From the IMG/VR virus record IMGVR_UViG_2645727539_000008, positions 1 through 26,592 of that record: 26,592 bases of DNA. The stretch is one strand, 5' to 3'. Below, in pieces: positions 18,331 through 26,499 of this stretch. Source of the stretch: a virus. Taxonomy: Duplodnaviria > Heunggongvirae > Uroviricota > Caudoviricetes. Both the position numbers and the translations under genes were made by a program. A model generated the notes under the pieces. It saw only the letters and a program-made list of their open reading frames with translations. It made no database searches and was not told the DNA's origin. Numbering within the stretch: position 1 is the stretch's first letter; the number at the start of each line of letters is the position of its first letter.

Positions 18331-18980
18331 GCCGCCATCTCCCTGACCAGTTTTTCCGCCTGCTGGCGAACCTGCGCCAGAAACGCCTCACCACATACCT
18401 CAAGTTCATCGCGCCCGATGTAGCTGATTGCCGGTCCCTTCCAGGTCTTATCGAAAACAGCAATAGCACCAGCGAAGAAAGCGCCTGTCGGCACCTGCTT
18501 CTCATCCTTCGGGATAAACCAGGCAGGCAGTTCAAAACCAATACGCCCGCGAATAAAAGCAATATGGTCTGCATCTTCCGGCCACCACACTTCGCTGGTG
18601 GCAGCTTTGATCAGGAAAACATAGCGCCCGCCTTTATCACGCATAGCACTGGCATGTTTCATGATGTAACGCATGCCGGTGATGTATTGCCCCTCATGCT
18701 GACTGGCGCGGCTGTACGGGGGATTACCAAAGGCAGCACCTTTAAGCTCCGCAAGACGTTCTGACCAGTCATGCGCCAGCGCGTTGTCTTCCGCAGTGTA
18801 ATAAGCGGCACATTTGGCGTTATCACCATCAGTAAACAGATCCAGAACAAACGGGCCAAACAGGGTGTTAATTCCCCAGAAAATGTTGTCCGGCGTGCGC
18901 CACTGATCGCCCACTTCCTTCAGTTCATGGGCTGGTTTGTTCCGCAGCTCCACCAGCGCCTGGCAATATTTATTACTCAT
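18327..18980 (-). CDS. Phage DNA N6-adenine methyltransferase (Dam-like)
   Basis: Contains NPPY motif (FGNPPYS); start taken at the ATG in a TAATG overlap with the upstream gene stop; ORF track extends to 19013. Confidence 0.8.
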   Translation of the reverse strand: MSNKYCQALVELRNKPAHELKEVGDQWRTPDNIFWGINTLFGPFVLDLFTDGDNAKCAAYYTAEDNALAHDWSERLAELKGAAFGNPPYSRASQHEGQYITGMRYIMKHASAMRDKGGRYVFLIKAATSEVWWPEDADHIAFIRGRIGFELPAWFIPKDEKQVPTGAFFAGAIAVFDKTWKGPAISYIGRDELEVCGEAFLAQVRQQAEKLVREMAA

Positions 18981-19474
18981 TAAGCCCCCACGTAATTCCC
19001 TGACAGATACCACTCTTCACCCGATGCAGCGCGCTTGCTGCTTTTCCGTAAGCACCGCTCACGATGCGCCAGAAAATTGTTTCGTTCTGGCTGGGAGTGG
19101 CTTTCACGGAATGCCGCCATCCACACCGTTGCAGCTCGACGGAATAAGCCCCTGGACTCCAGTTCTTCAGCCTGGCGGGTCAGGCACAAAATCACCCGGG
19201 GGTCGTTAGTGCCGACATAGAAATTGCGCACAGGTCTGGTTTCACGAACAGATTGTGGTTCCGGCTCCTGCGCTCTCTCAGTCAGGCGCGGGAAATGTCT
19301 GCGTGTATCTCCTTCACAACGGTGAGCCACACGCCCACTCTGACGTAACTTGCTTGCTGACTGCAGAACGCGCTGCCGTGAGTAACCAGCAAAAGCATCC
19401 GCAATGTCTCCGGAAGTACACCCAGGATGGGCTTCAATGAATTTCTGAACGTCATTTAACAGACTCATGATCAC
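18980..19474 (-). CDS. Hypothetical regulator, possible PerC-like C-terminal motif
   Basis: 164 aa; segment LESRGLFRRAATVWMAAF resembles the PerC/Pch family motif as recalled from memory; occupies the slot where a helicase loader is normally found. Confidence 0.4.
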   Translation of the reverse strand: MIMSLLNDVQKFIEAHPGCTSGDIADAFAGYSRQRVLQSASKLRQSGRVAHRCEGDTRRHFPRLTERAQEPEPQSVRETRPVRNFYVGTNDPRVILCLTRQAEELESRGLFRRAATVWMAAFRESHSQPERNNFLAHRERCLRKSSKRAASGEEWYLSGNYVGA

Positions 19475-20463
19475 CCCCTGAATCCTGCCGGGATCTGGCT
19501 GTAGTCCACGTTGTCGTAACTGGATTTGAAGTACGGGTCTTCGCGTTTTTCGGTGTACGTGCTGACGGACGGCGATAAGCGCAGGGAAAGCTCATCCCAT
19601 TTTTCCCGCAGCTTCGACGGGCTGAGCACGTTACGGCACCAGAACGGATCGCGACTGACGCGGCTGTACATCTCGCAGATTTGTTTATGATTACGACCAT
19701 CCTGCACACACATCAGGCGAATTTCGTTTGCCCAGGCTGTCCAGTTCGGTTCTTTGGGACGAACCACCTCGCCGTCACATTCGGCGGCCTGCTCGTACAG
19801 GGCGATGATTTTTTTCCAGAGCCACTGTGCGCAGGTCAAATCATCCTGCGTTCCCCACTGGCGCTTTTTAGGGCTGAATACAACCGCATCAGGATGGCGA
19901 GTTAAAAAATCCTGTTCAGCCACCTGCGTGTCCGGTTGCGAAGCGTCCGGACGAGAAGAGGTTTTATTCTCTGTAGTAATCTCTGTTGTATTCTCTGTAA
20001 GATCATTGGGCCATTTTGACCCGATGACAGCGTGTCGTTTTGAACCAATGGATCGTGTCATTTTGCGCCCATCCATCAGGTCACTTTGACCCGATGGAGA
20101 AGTGCATTTTGACCTGATGGATTCGTTCACTTTGACCTCTTCTAAAAGCTCACTTTCATAGTTGATCGTGTAGAAATTGGTCATGTCACGCTTCGATTTA
20201 TTGAGTTGCTCGCGACGCAAAACCCCAAGTGATTTCAGGCTTGCAAATGTGCGTTTCAGAGTGGACTCTGACCAGAACGGAAACTGCTCCAGCCACTGTT
20301 CTGTCGTGTTATAAACCCAGCGAATTCCGCCATGCTCAGTGCCTGAATTCGTTTCATTCAGCCAGTAATGAAGCTGCTGCAACACAATTGCCTCATTCAG
20401 ACCAATACGGCATGCAAGATCACGATTTATCACAATGGGCTGGGATGTCATTAACAGGCTCAT
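19471..20463 (-). CDS. Replication initiator (lambda O-like replisome organiser)
   Basis: 330 aa; first replication-module gene after cro/cII-like genes; contains in-gene iterons producing repeated SIRSK/SIGSK/VIGSK peptides in a linker; SD AGAGGT before ATG. Confidence 0.8.
   Translation of the reverse strand: MSLLMTSQPIVINRDLACRIGLNEAIVLQQLHYWLNETNSGTEHGGIRWVYNTTEQWLEQFPFWSESTLKRTFASLKSLGVLRREQLNKSKRDMTNFYTINYESELLEEVKVNESIRSKCTSPSGQSDLMDGRKMTRSIGSKRHAVIGSKWPNDLTENTTEITTENKTSSRPDASQPDTQVAEQDFLTRHPDAVVFSPKKRQWGTQDDLTCAQWLWKKIIALYEQAAECDGEVVRPKEPNWTAWANEIRLMCVQDGRNHKQICEMYSRVSRDPFWCRNVLSPSKLREKWDELSLRLSPSVSTYTEKREDPYFKSSYDNVDYSQIPAGFRG
19966..20139. repeat. Putative origin of replication: six ~23-bp iterons plus three 12-bp repeats inside the initiator gene
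   Basis: Direct repeats of consensus GTCAYTTTGACCCGATGGA starting near 20009, 20034, 20057, 20080, 20102 and 20125; TCTCTGT repeated at 19968, 19980 and 19992. Confidence 0.7.
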
Positions 20464-20472
20464 GACCGACCT

Positions 20473-20811
20473 CTATTTCCCTGAATTTACGACGAAACTG
20501 TTCGAGCGGGCTGAAGCACTCATGCTCATAGCCTTCACGGAGGTAGATAACCCGTTGTGTTTCCGGTTCCCAACGAATGACTCTGACGGGCACTCCGTAG
20601 TGATCTTTGAACCAGCGGTTAACTTGTCGCAAAGGACTGTCTCCTTCTGCCGGTTGAAATCACCCACAGCCCACTCAGCAAAGCTGTGGGTTACAATTTC
20701 CCTGTCACCTGGTACATTTACTGCATAGCAATACTCCACCTTCGCTTTTCCACCCGGTACAGGAAGTGCAATCAGTTGCGAGCGACGGTAGTGTGTTGTT
20801 AAACTGTTCAT
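20473..20811 (-). CDS. Hypothetical protein (between CII-like gene and replication initiator)
   Basis: 112-aa ORF coupled by ATGA overlap to the upstream gene; C-terminal half is Ser-rich and overlaps a more protein-like 70-aa ORF (20420..20632) in another frame. Confidence 0.4.
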   Translation of the reverse strand: MNSLTTHYRRSQLIALPVPGGKAKVEYCYAVNVPGDREIVTHSFAEWAVGDFNRQKETVLCDKLTAGSKITTECPSESFVGNRKHNGLSTSVKAMSMSASARSNSFVVNSGK

Positions 20812-21365
20812 GCGTTAGTTTCTCCACAACCAGAAGCAATCGACGCCACGACGCCCGGAGCTGCACACTCGCGGGCGTCATTACTTTCTGAAATGCAAAA
20901 AATTTTGTAGACAAGTGCTGCATGCTCCTGCAGCTTCGAAATTGAGAGATACAGCTCGTCGTTGATTGCTGTCTTCTCATGCGGTTCCACCACACCGTCT
21001 TCGATTGCCGAACGAATCTGTTTGGAATAACTGCCAATCTGTTCAATGACTTCCAGCAGGCGCTGGTTAATATCGGCGTTGTCCACATCCTCGACGTCAG
21101 GAAGAGACACAAAGACGCCATTTGCCGACTGCGCCACAGCGTCAGCAATGAAGTGAGTTCCACCAGCACGTTGCAAAATCATTGCCCATCCCAGCGGGAA
21201 AATCTGATCGCCATCGGCACGAAGGCGGTTAAATAATGCGTTCTCTGTTACATCCAGCCAGTCAGCTGCTTCAGCGTAACCACCCGGCAACTTTGCGATA
21301 GTTTTTCTGACAGCTTTCACGTACCACTCAGGCTGTTTTTCTACTTTCCAGTGATGCTTACCCAC
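20808..21365 (-). CDS. Putative CII-like early regulatory protein
   Basis: 185 aa, first gene after cro in the rightward operon, overlaps the cro stop; HTH-like N-terminal segment; assignment by position. Confidence 0.5.
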   Translation of the reverse strand: MGKHHWKVEKQPEWYVKAVRKTIAKLPGGYAEAADWLDVTENALFNRLRADGDQIFPLGWAMILQRAGGTHFIADAVAQSANGVFVSLPDVEDVDNADINQRLLEVIEQIGSYSKQIRSAIEDGVVEPHEKTAINDELYLSISKLQEHAALVYKIFCISESNDARECAAPGVVASIASGCGETNA

Positions 21366-21618
21366 GGCTTACCTCCTGTTCCTGTGGTTTAAACCCATTC
21401 TGGTTTTGGCTAGATTGAAAACGTGCCGGATAAAGAATCTGCATTTCGCTGATTTCACCCTTAAAAAAATTGGCCAGACGCTCTGCAAGATCGATAGATG
21501 GAATTTGTTCCAGTCTCTCAATACGACTCAGCGTTGCTGGATTAACCTGAACGCCCGCAGCAACATGCTGCAAAGTAAACCCGTGCGCCTTACGCACATT
21601 TCGTAATGGTGATTGCAT
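21358..21618 (-). CDS. Cro-like repressor (XRE-family HTH)
   Basis: 86 aa with HTH GFTLQHVAAGVQVNPATLSRIER; divergent from cI across the operator region; SD GGAGG. Confidence 0.8.
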   Translation of the reverse strand: MQSPLRNVRKAHGFTLQHVAAGVQVNPATLSRIERLEQIPSIDLAERLANFFKGEISEMQILYPARFQSSQNQNGFKPQEQEVSRG

Positions 21619-21632
21619 ATAACCTCCACATA

Positions 21633-21695
21633 TTGCGTGATGAGCATATTATTTCACGCAAATATTTTGCGCAAGTTGATTTGCTTAACGCGCAA
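21633..21695. promoter_or_regulatory. OR operator / divergent promoter region between cro and cI
   Basis: Palindrome TTGCGTGA-N13-TCACGCAA (21633-21661), TTGCGCAA (21667-21674) and 15-bp TTGCTTAACGCGCAA (21681-21695); same TTGC-N7-GCAA family as the OL sites. Confidence 0.65.
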
Positions 21696-21715
21696 TAAAG
21701 AAATGTAATAAACGC

Positions 21716-22408
21716 ATGAACATAGGAAACCGAGTCAGACAACTTCGCCAGGCGAAGAACATGAAAATCGCCGATCTCGCTGAAGCAATAGGAGTGGATG
21801 CGGCGAATATCTCGCGCCTGGAAACAGGTAAGCAGAAACAATTCACTGAACAAGCCCTGAGTAATATTGCCAGGAGCTTAGGTGTTGATATTGCTGATCT
21901 CTTTACCTCAGACGTCAAAAGTAATACTGTATGTAAAAACAGTATTAGTGAGGATGTTGCGCAGGTGAAGGATGTATTCCGTATTGAAATGCTGGATGTC
22001 AGTGCCAGTGCGGGAAATGGCCTTATCCAGGGCGGTGATGTCATTGATGTGATTCATGCCATTGAATACAGAACTGATAATGCTGTATCGATGTTTGGCG
22101 GACGACCAGCCAATCACATTAAAGTTATCAACGTTCGTGGGGACAGTATGTGTCCAACCATTGAGCCAGGAGATCTCATCTTCGTTGATGTCAGTATCAA
22201 TCAGTTTGATGGAGATGGTATCTATGTATTTGGTTTTGATGATAAAATTTATGTCAAACGACTGCAAATGATACCTGACAAACTACTGGTGATATCTGAT
22301 AACCAGATTTACCGTGAATGGGGAATTACCAGCGAAAATGAACACCGGTTTATGGTCTTTGGAAAGGTCTTAATCAGCCAGTCACAAACCCTTAAACGAC
22401 ACAATTAA
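21716..22408 (+). CDS. CI-type prophage repressor (N-terminal HTH, C-terminal S24 LexA-like autopeptidase)
   Basis: 230 aa; HTH KIADLAEAIGVDAANISRLETG; Ala-Gly site in SASAGNG; Ser nucleophile in RGDSMCPT and Lys in VKRL. Confidence 0.9.
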   Translation: MNIGNRVRQLRQAKNMKIADLAEAIGVDAANISRLETGKQKQFTEQALSNIARSLGVDIADLFTSDVKSNTVCKNSISEDVAQVKDVFRIEMLDVSASAGNGLIQGGDVIDVIHAIEYRTDNAVSMFGGRPANHIKVINVRGDSMCPTIEPGDLIFVDVSINQFDGDGIYVFGFDDKIYVKRLQMIPDKLLVISDNQIYREWGITSENEHRFMVFGKVLISQSQTLKRHN

Positions 22409-22428
22409 CCCTTACTTCCTCATCAATT

Positions 22429-22450
22429 AGCCACCCGAAGGTGGCTTTTC
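22429..22450 (+). terminator. Rho-independent terminator after cI
   Basis: Stem AGCCACC / GGTGGCT with loop CGAA, followed by TTTT, 20 nt after the cI stop. Confidence 0.7.
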
Positions 22451-22463
22451 ATTACCCATCAAA

Positions 22464-22502
22464 TTGCATATCTCGCAATAAAAACACTTGCATAATGCGC
22501 AA
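22464..22502. promoter_or_regulatory. OL operators and putative PL promoter
   Basis: Two 15-bp TTGC-N7-GCAA sites, TTGCATATCTCGCAA (22464-22478) and TTGCATAATGCGCAA (22488-22502); possible -35 TTGCAT and -10 TATCTT directing plus-strand transcription. Confidence 0.6.
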
Positions 22503-22947
22503 CTTCATTTTATCTTTCTTTCCAGACCAACAAACAAGGTACTAACAAAATTTGGTTGTAACACGGCGTATGGCACATGCGTCGTTAGCGGTCTGGGGAC
22601 GTTAAAGGGGACAATCCACTCCTTGCTCGGGCAAACAAACCAGGTAGCCGGAATGTGCAAGTCAATGATGATGCTGATAAGACGCCTAACCAGCGTGGCG
22701 ATTCGGTTTGACGCCTGGGAAGAGACCAGGGTGCAACGATGAGGGCATTTATGGAACCGCCACAAAGTGTGGTGCCGTAACTGGCTAAGTGCTCTCAGCG
22801 TTGTGGTGAATGCGCAGGCTGATGCGCGAAAGACATTGCAGCTATTGCGGAAAAGAGCTGTTCGGCGGGGCAATTAAACGCCCGTGAGAGTCTGAAATAA
22901 CCGCAAGCCGGAGATCAGCACCGGTCACCACAACAGCCACTGCTTTG

Positions 22948-22994
22948 GCGGTACCAGTTTGTACACTTGCTTCCGGCTGGTACCGCTCTTTTTA
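22948..22994 (+). terminator. Strong intrinsic terminator in the early-left leader
   Basis: Perfect 10-bp stem GCGGTACCAG / CTGGTACCGC with a 19-nt loop, followed by TCTTTTT. Confidence 0.7.
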
Positions 22995-23130
22995 CAAAAC
23001 AGAGAAGAGCATCACCGGACGACGGGCTCATAACCCAATCCACCCGGGCGGCTGCCACCGCAGGTGTTCTTCTCTGTTTTGTGGAGAAACCAACCGACCT
23101 TGCAGGGTCGATATGATGAGGAGCAGCAAA

Positions 23131-23493
23131 ATGGCTAGCGAACGCAGTACTGATGTGCAGGCATTTATCGGGGAGCTGGACGGCGGCGTATTTGAAACCA
23201 AAATCGGCGCAGTTCTCAGTGAAGTCGCTTCCGGTGTGATGAACACGAAAACCAAAGGTAAGGTCTCGCTCAACCTGGAAATCGAACCGTTTGATGAGAA
23301 CCGTGTGAAAATCAAACACAAACTCTCATATGTTCGCCCGACTAACCGCGGGAAAATTTCCGAAGAAGACACCACCGAAACGCCGATGTATGTCAATCGC
23401 GGTGGTCGCCTGACTATTCTGCAGGAAGACCAGGGACAATTACTGACTCTTGCCGGTGAACCTGACGGAAAACTCCGCGCAGCAGGTCATTAA
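23131..23493 (+). CDS. Hypothetical early-left protein (YfdP-like by position)
   Basis: 120 aa starting at the ATG preceded by GAGGAG; first protein gene of the PL operon; no recognised motif. Confidence 0.55.
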   Translation: MASERSTDVQAFIGELDGGVFETKIGAVLSEVASGVMNTKTKGKVSLNLEIEPFDENRVKIKHKLSYVRPTNRGKISEEDTTETPMYVNRGGRLTILQEDQGQLLTLAGEPDGKLRAAGH

Positions 23494-23558
23494 TATCGTT
23501 CTTAATTAACTGATTATTTATCTCATCACTGAATATCTTTATATAGTGAGGACTTATT

Positions 23559-24383
23559 ATGTCTCAGAACTTAGACGCAACCGCAATTAATCAAATCCAT
23601 GCCCTTATTTCTGCTCAGGGTGTTAATGAAATTATCAGTAAGATTGGTGCCGACGCAGTGGCATTACCTGAAAATTTCCGCATTCATGATCTGGAAAAAT
23701 TTAATTTAAATCGCTTCCGTTTCCGTGGTGCGCTTTCCACTGCCAGCATCGATGACTTTACCCGTTATTCTAAAGATCTTGCAGATGAAGGCACCCGCTG
23801 CTTTATCGATGCCGATAATATGCGAGCCGTCAGTGTGCTTAACCTGGGTACTATTGATGAACCAGGTCACGCAGATAACACCGCCACTCTCAAACTGAAA
23901 AAGACAGCACCGTTCTCTGCCCTGTTGTCTGTTAACGGCGAGCGTAACTCCCAGAAGTCACTGGCAGAATGGATTGAAGACTGGGCCGACTACCTTGTGG
24001 GCTTTGATGCTAATGGTGACACCATTCAGGCAACAAAAGCGGCTGCGGCAGTCCGTAAAATAACGATTGAAGCAAACCAGACCGCTGATTTTGAAGATAA
24101 TGACTTCAGCGGCAAACGCTCCCTGATGGAATCTGTCGAAGCGAAGACCAAAGACATTATGCCAGTGGCATTTGAATTTAAATGCGTTCCGTTTGAAGGC
24201 CTGAAAGAACGTCCGTTTAAATTACGCCTCAGCATTATCACTGGCGATCGTCCTGTACTGGTTCTGCGCATTATTCAGCTGGAAGCAGTGCAGGAAGAAA
24301 TGGCTAACGAATTTCGTGATCTGCTTGTTGAGAAATTCAAAGACAGCAAAGTAGAAACCTTTATTGGTACTTTTACCGCCTGA
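23559..24383 (+). CDS. YfdQ-like protein (DUF2303-type)
   Basis: 274 aa; length and order match the CPS-53/KplE1 yfdP-yfdQ-yfdR-yfdS-yfdT block as recalled; identity not verifiable here. Confidence 0.6.
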   Translation: MSQNLDATAINQIHALISAQGVNEIISKIGADAVALPENFRIHDLEKFNLNRFRFRGALSTASIDDFTRYSKDLADEGTRCFIDADNMRAVSVLNLGTIDEPGHADNTATLKLKKTAPFSALLSVNGERNSQKSLAEWIEDWADYLVGFDANGDTIQATKAAAAVRKITIEANQTADFEDNDFSGKRSLMESVEAKTKDIMPVAFEFKCVPFEGLKERPFKLRLSIITGDRPVLVLRIIQLEAVQEEMANEFRDLLVEKFKDSKVETFIGTFTA

Positions 24384-24510
24384 TTTCCTTACTGCAAATG
24401 CCCCTGCGGGGGCATTTATGGAAACATAATTGACTCAATAATCGCCTGATGGCGAGGGTTTTCTTTAACCAAAATTCTGCGCGGTGCAGCGCATATACGT
24501 GGAGAACAAA

Positions 24511-25047
24511 ATGTCATTTATTAAAACTTTTTCCGGGAAGCATTTTTATTATGACAAGATAAATAAAGACGACATCGTGATTAACGATATCGCGGTTTCC
24601 CTTTCAAATATCTGTCGCTTTGCAGGACATCTTTCACACTTCTACAGTGTCGCCCAGCATGCAGTGCTTTGCAGCCAACTGGTGCCGCAGGAATTTGCTT
24701 TTGAAGCGTTAATGCATGATGCAACAGAAACGTATTGCCAGGACATCCCCGCACCACTGAAACGACTTCTTCCTGACTATAAACGGATGGAAGAAAAAAT
24801 AGACGCCGTAATCCGTGAGAAATACGGGTTACCTCCTGTTATGAGCACGCCAGTGAAATATGCCGATCTCATTATGCTGGCAACCGAACGCCGCGATCTC
24901 GGACTTGATGATGGCTCTTTCTGGCCTGTATTGGAAGGTATCCCGGCAACAGAGATGTTCAAAGTTATTCCACTGTCTCCAGGTCATGCCTACGGGATGT
25001 TTATGGAACGTTTTAACGAGTTATCGGAGTTACGCAAATGCGCATGA
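24511..25047 (+). CDS. HD-domain phosphohydrolase (YfdR-like 5'-deoxynucleotidase)
   Basis: 178 aa from the ATG after GGAGAA; HD-type metal ligands (H..H, HD) in FAGHLSH...QHAVL...LMHDATETY. Confidence 0.7.
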   Translation: MSFIKTFSGKHFYYDKINKDDIVINDIAVSLSNICRFAGHLSHFYSVAQHAVLCSQLVPQEFAFEALMHDATETYCQDIPAPLKRLLPDYKRMEEKIDAVIREKYGLPPVMSTPVKYADLIMLATERRDLGLDDGSFWPVLEGIPATEMFKVIPLSPGHAYGMFMERFNELSELRKCA

Positions 25048-25400
25048 ATGTTTTCGAAATGGAAGGGTTTCTTCGCGGGAAATGTGTACCGCGAGATCTG
25101 AAAGTGAACGAAACAAATGCTGAGTACCTAGTACGTAAATTCGACGCGCTTGAAGCTAAATGTGCGGCACTGGAAAACAAAATAATACCAGTGTCAGCTG
25201 AATTGCCACCTGCAAATGAAAGTGTTCTGTTATTTGATGCTAACGGAGAAGGCTGGCTGATTGGCTGGCGTTCTCTCTGGTACACCTGGGGACAAAAGGA
25301 AACCGGAGAATGGCAGTGGACATTTCAGGTCGGGGATCTTGAAAACGTCAATATCACTCACTGGGCAGTAATACCAAAGGCACCGGAGGCAGGGGCATAA
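25038..25400 (+). CDS. YfdS-like hypothetical protein
   Basis: 120 aa, Trp-rich C-terminus, overlaps neighbours; same length and position as yfdS. Confidence 0.55.
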   Translation: MRMNVFEMEGFLRGKCVPRDLKVNETNAEYLVRKFDALEAKCAALENKIIPVSAELPPANESVLLFDANGEGWLIGWRSLWYTWGQKETGEWQWTFQVGDLENVNITHWAVIPKAPEAGA

Positions 25401-26020
25401 TGACCACATTTACCGACAAAGAACTGATTAAAGAAATCAAAGAGCGCATAGGCAGTCTGGATGTGCGAGACAATATTGAGCGCCGTGCTTATGAAATTGC
25501 TTTGGTATCGCTGGAAGCAGAACCGGTGGCATGGCTGCATTCAGACAATGGCTTAGGTATTCCGGCAATAACACGGAGTAAAAACATTGCTGACAGTTGG
25601 TTATCAAAGGGCTGGTATGTTCAGCCGCTATATATAGCCAAGCCAGTGCCGGTGGTGCCAGATGCTCGTCCGTCTTTAAATAATGGCATAGTCGGCTTTG
25701 ATGAAGGCTGGAACGCCTGCCGCGCCGCCATGCTTAATGGTGCCGAACCTGTAAGCCAGACTTACAAGTTGAACGAGCTGTCGGGCAACTCTCCGGTAAC
25801 TCCGGATGGTTGGATAAGCTGTAGTGAGCGAATGCCGAACGATAAACAGTATGTTTGGTGTTGGGGGAAGTTTTACGGCTGGGCTGAGTGCGATACCTTC
25901 GAAGGGTATTACGATTGGTCGAAAAACAAATGGTGGGCAGTTACTGACGATGTGGAAGAATCGGCATCGAAAGTAACCCACTGGATGCCGCTACAGGAAC
26001 CGCCGCATGAGGTGAAGTAA
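25400..26020 (+). CDS. DUF551-type protein (YfdT-like, extended)
   Basis: 206 aa; C-terminal Trp/Cys-rich segment WISCSERMPNDKQYVWCWGKFYGWAECD typical of DUF551 phage proteins. Confidence 0.6.
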   Translation: MTTFTDKELIKEIKERIGSLDVRDNIERRAYEIALVSLEAEPVAWLHSDNGLGIPAITRSKNIADSWLSKGWYVQPLYIAKPVPVVPDARPSLNNGIVGFDEGWNACRAAMLNGAEPVSQTYKLNELSGNSPVTPDGWISCSERMPNDKQYVWCWGKFYGWAECDTFEGYYDWSKNKWWAVTDDVEESASKVTHWMPLQEPPHEVK

Positions 26021-26214
26021 TGAACAACTTAATGACAACTAAACAAGTCGCCGACTTCTGTGGCGTTTCAATATCAACAGTGCTTCGCTGGAACAGCATA
26101 AACCATAGGACAGGTAAGAAATATAGACCAGACTTTCCTGATCCTGATATAAAATCCTGTCCCAATAAATGGGCTTCACACAAGATTTATAGATTTGCAG
26201 GTATTATCGAGTAA
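26020..26214 (+). CDS. Excisionase-like DNA-binding protein (recombination directionality factor)
   Basis: 64 aa with HTH TTKQVADFCGVSISTVLRW; last gene of the early-left operon, next to an AT-rich structured region. Confidence 0.6.
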   Translation: MNNLMTTKQVADFCGVSISTVLRWNSINHRTGKKYRPDFPDPDIKSCPNKWASHKIYRFAGIIE

Positions 26215-26499
26215 CGTTTATTAGTTTCGATGTTAGCCAACACATCTATGGCACAATGTCAAACCCAATCTTACTTCCTGCGCTGTACTAGAACGGCCAG
26301 CCCTGACTTCATAAATTATTAACCAACTGGGAACAAGTTAGCTAGTTGGTGATGGGTGTCAGTTGTCGAAAGTCCCCCCCCACCATCACCACTAGCTGAG
26401 ACTCTTCAGTGTTACAATTGCTTTAAATGGTTGCCAAAGTACTGAAATCGAGTCTAATAGTAAAGTTTATATCTCACAAACAGTATATAGGGACAGAGA

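Noticed and set aside
18062-18764. 170-aa minus-strand and 193-aa plus-strand ORFs overlapping the LexA-like and Dam genes
   Set aside because: Alternative frames of well-supported genes; Arg/Ser-rich low-complexity translations.
19966-20139. Direct repeat array considered as a possible CRISPR or minisatellite
   Set aside because: Repeats are ~23 bp with no unique spacers, are imperfect, and lie inside the replication initiator gene; the pattern is that of origin iterons.
22488-22742. 84-aa plus-strand ORF considered as an N-like antiterminator
   Set aside because: It starts inside the OL operators upstream of the likely transcription start, has no Arg-rich N-terminal motif and no SD; only its last 29 codons could be translated from a PL transcript.
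22505-22873. 122-aa minus-strand ORF in the PL leader
   Set aside because: It would be transcribed towards cI against PL with no promoter or SD, and it ends inside the operator region; likely spurious.
26340-26400. Possible tRNA or tmRNA 3' fragment (attachment-site remnant) at the hairpin with the C8 tract
   Set aside because: I could not fit a T-arm (GTTCGAATC-like loop between 5-bp stems) or an acceptor stem ending in CCA on either strand; retained only as a structured element.
26215-26499. Integrase gene expected downstream of the excisionase
   Set aside because: No ORF of suitable size or sequence is present; the only downstream ORF (from 26500) has a non-integrase-like N-terminus.
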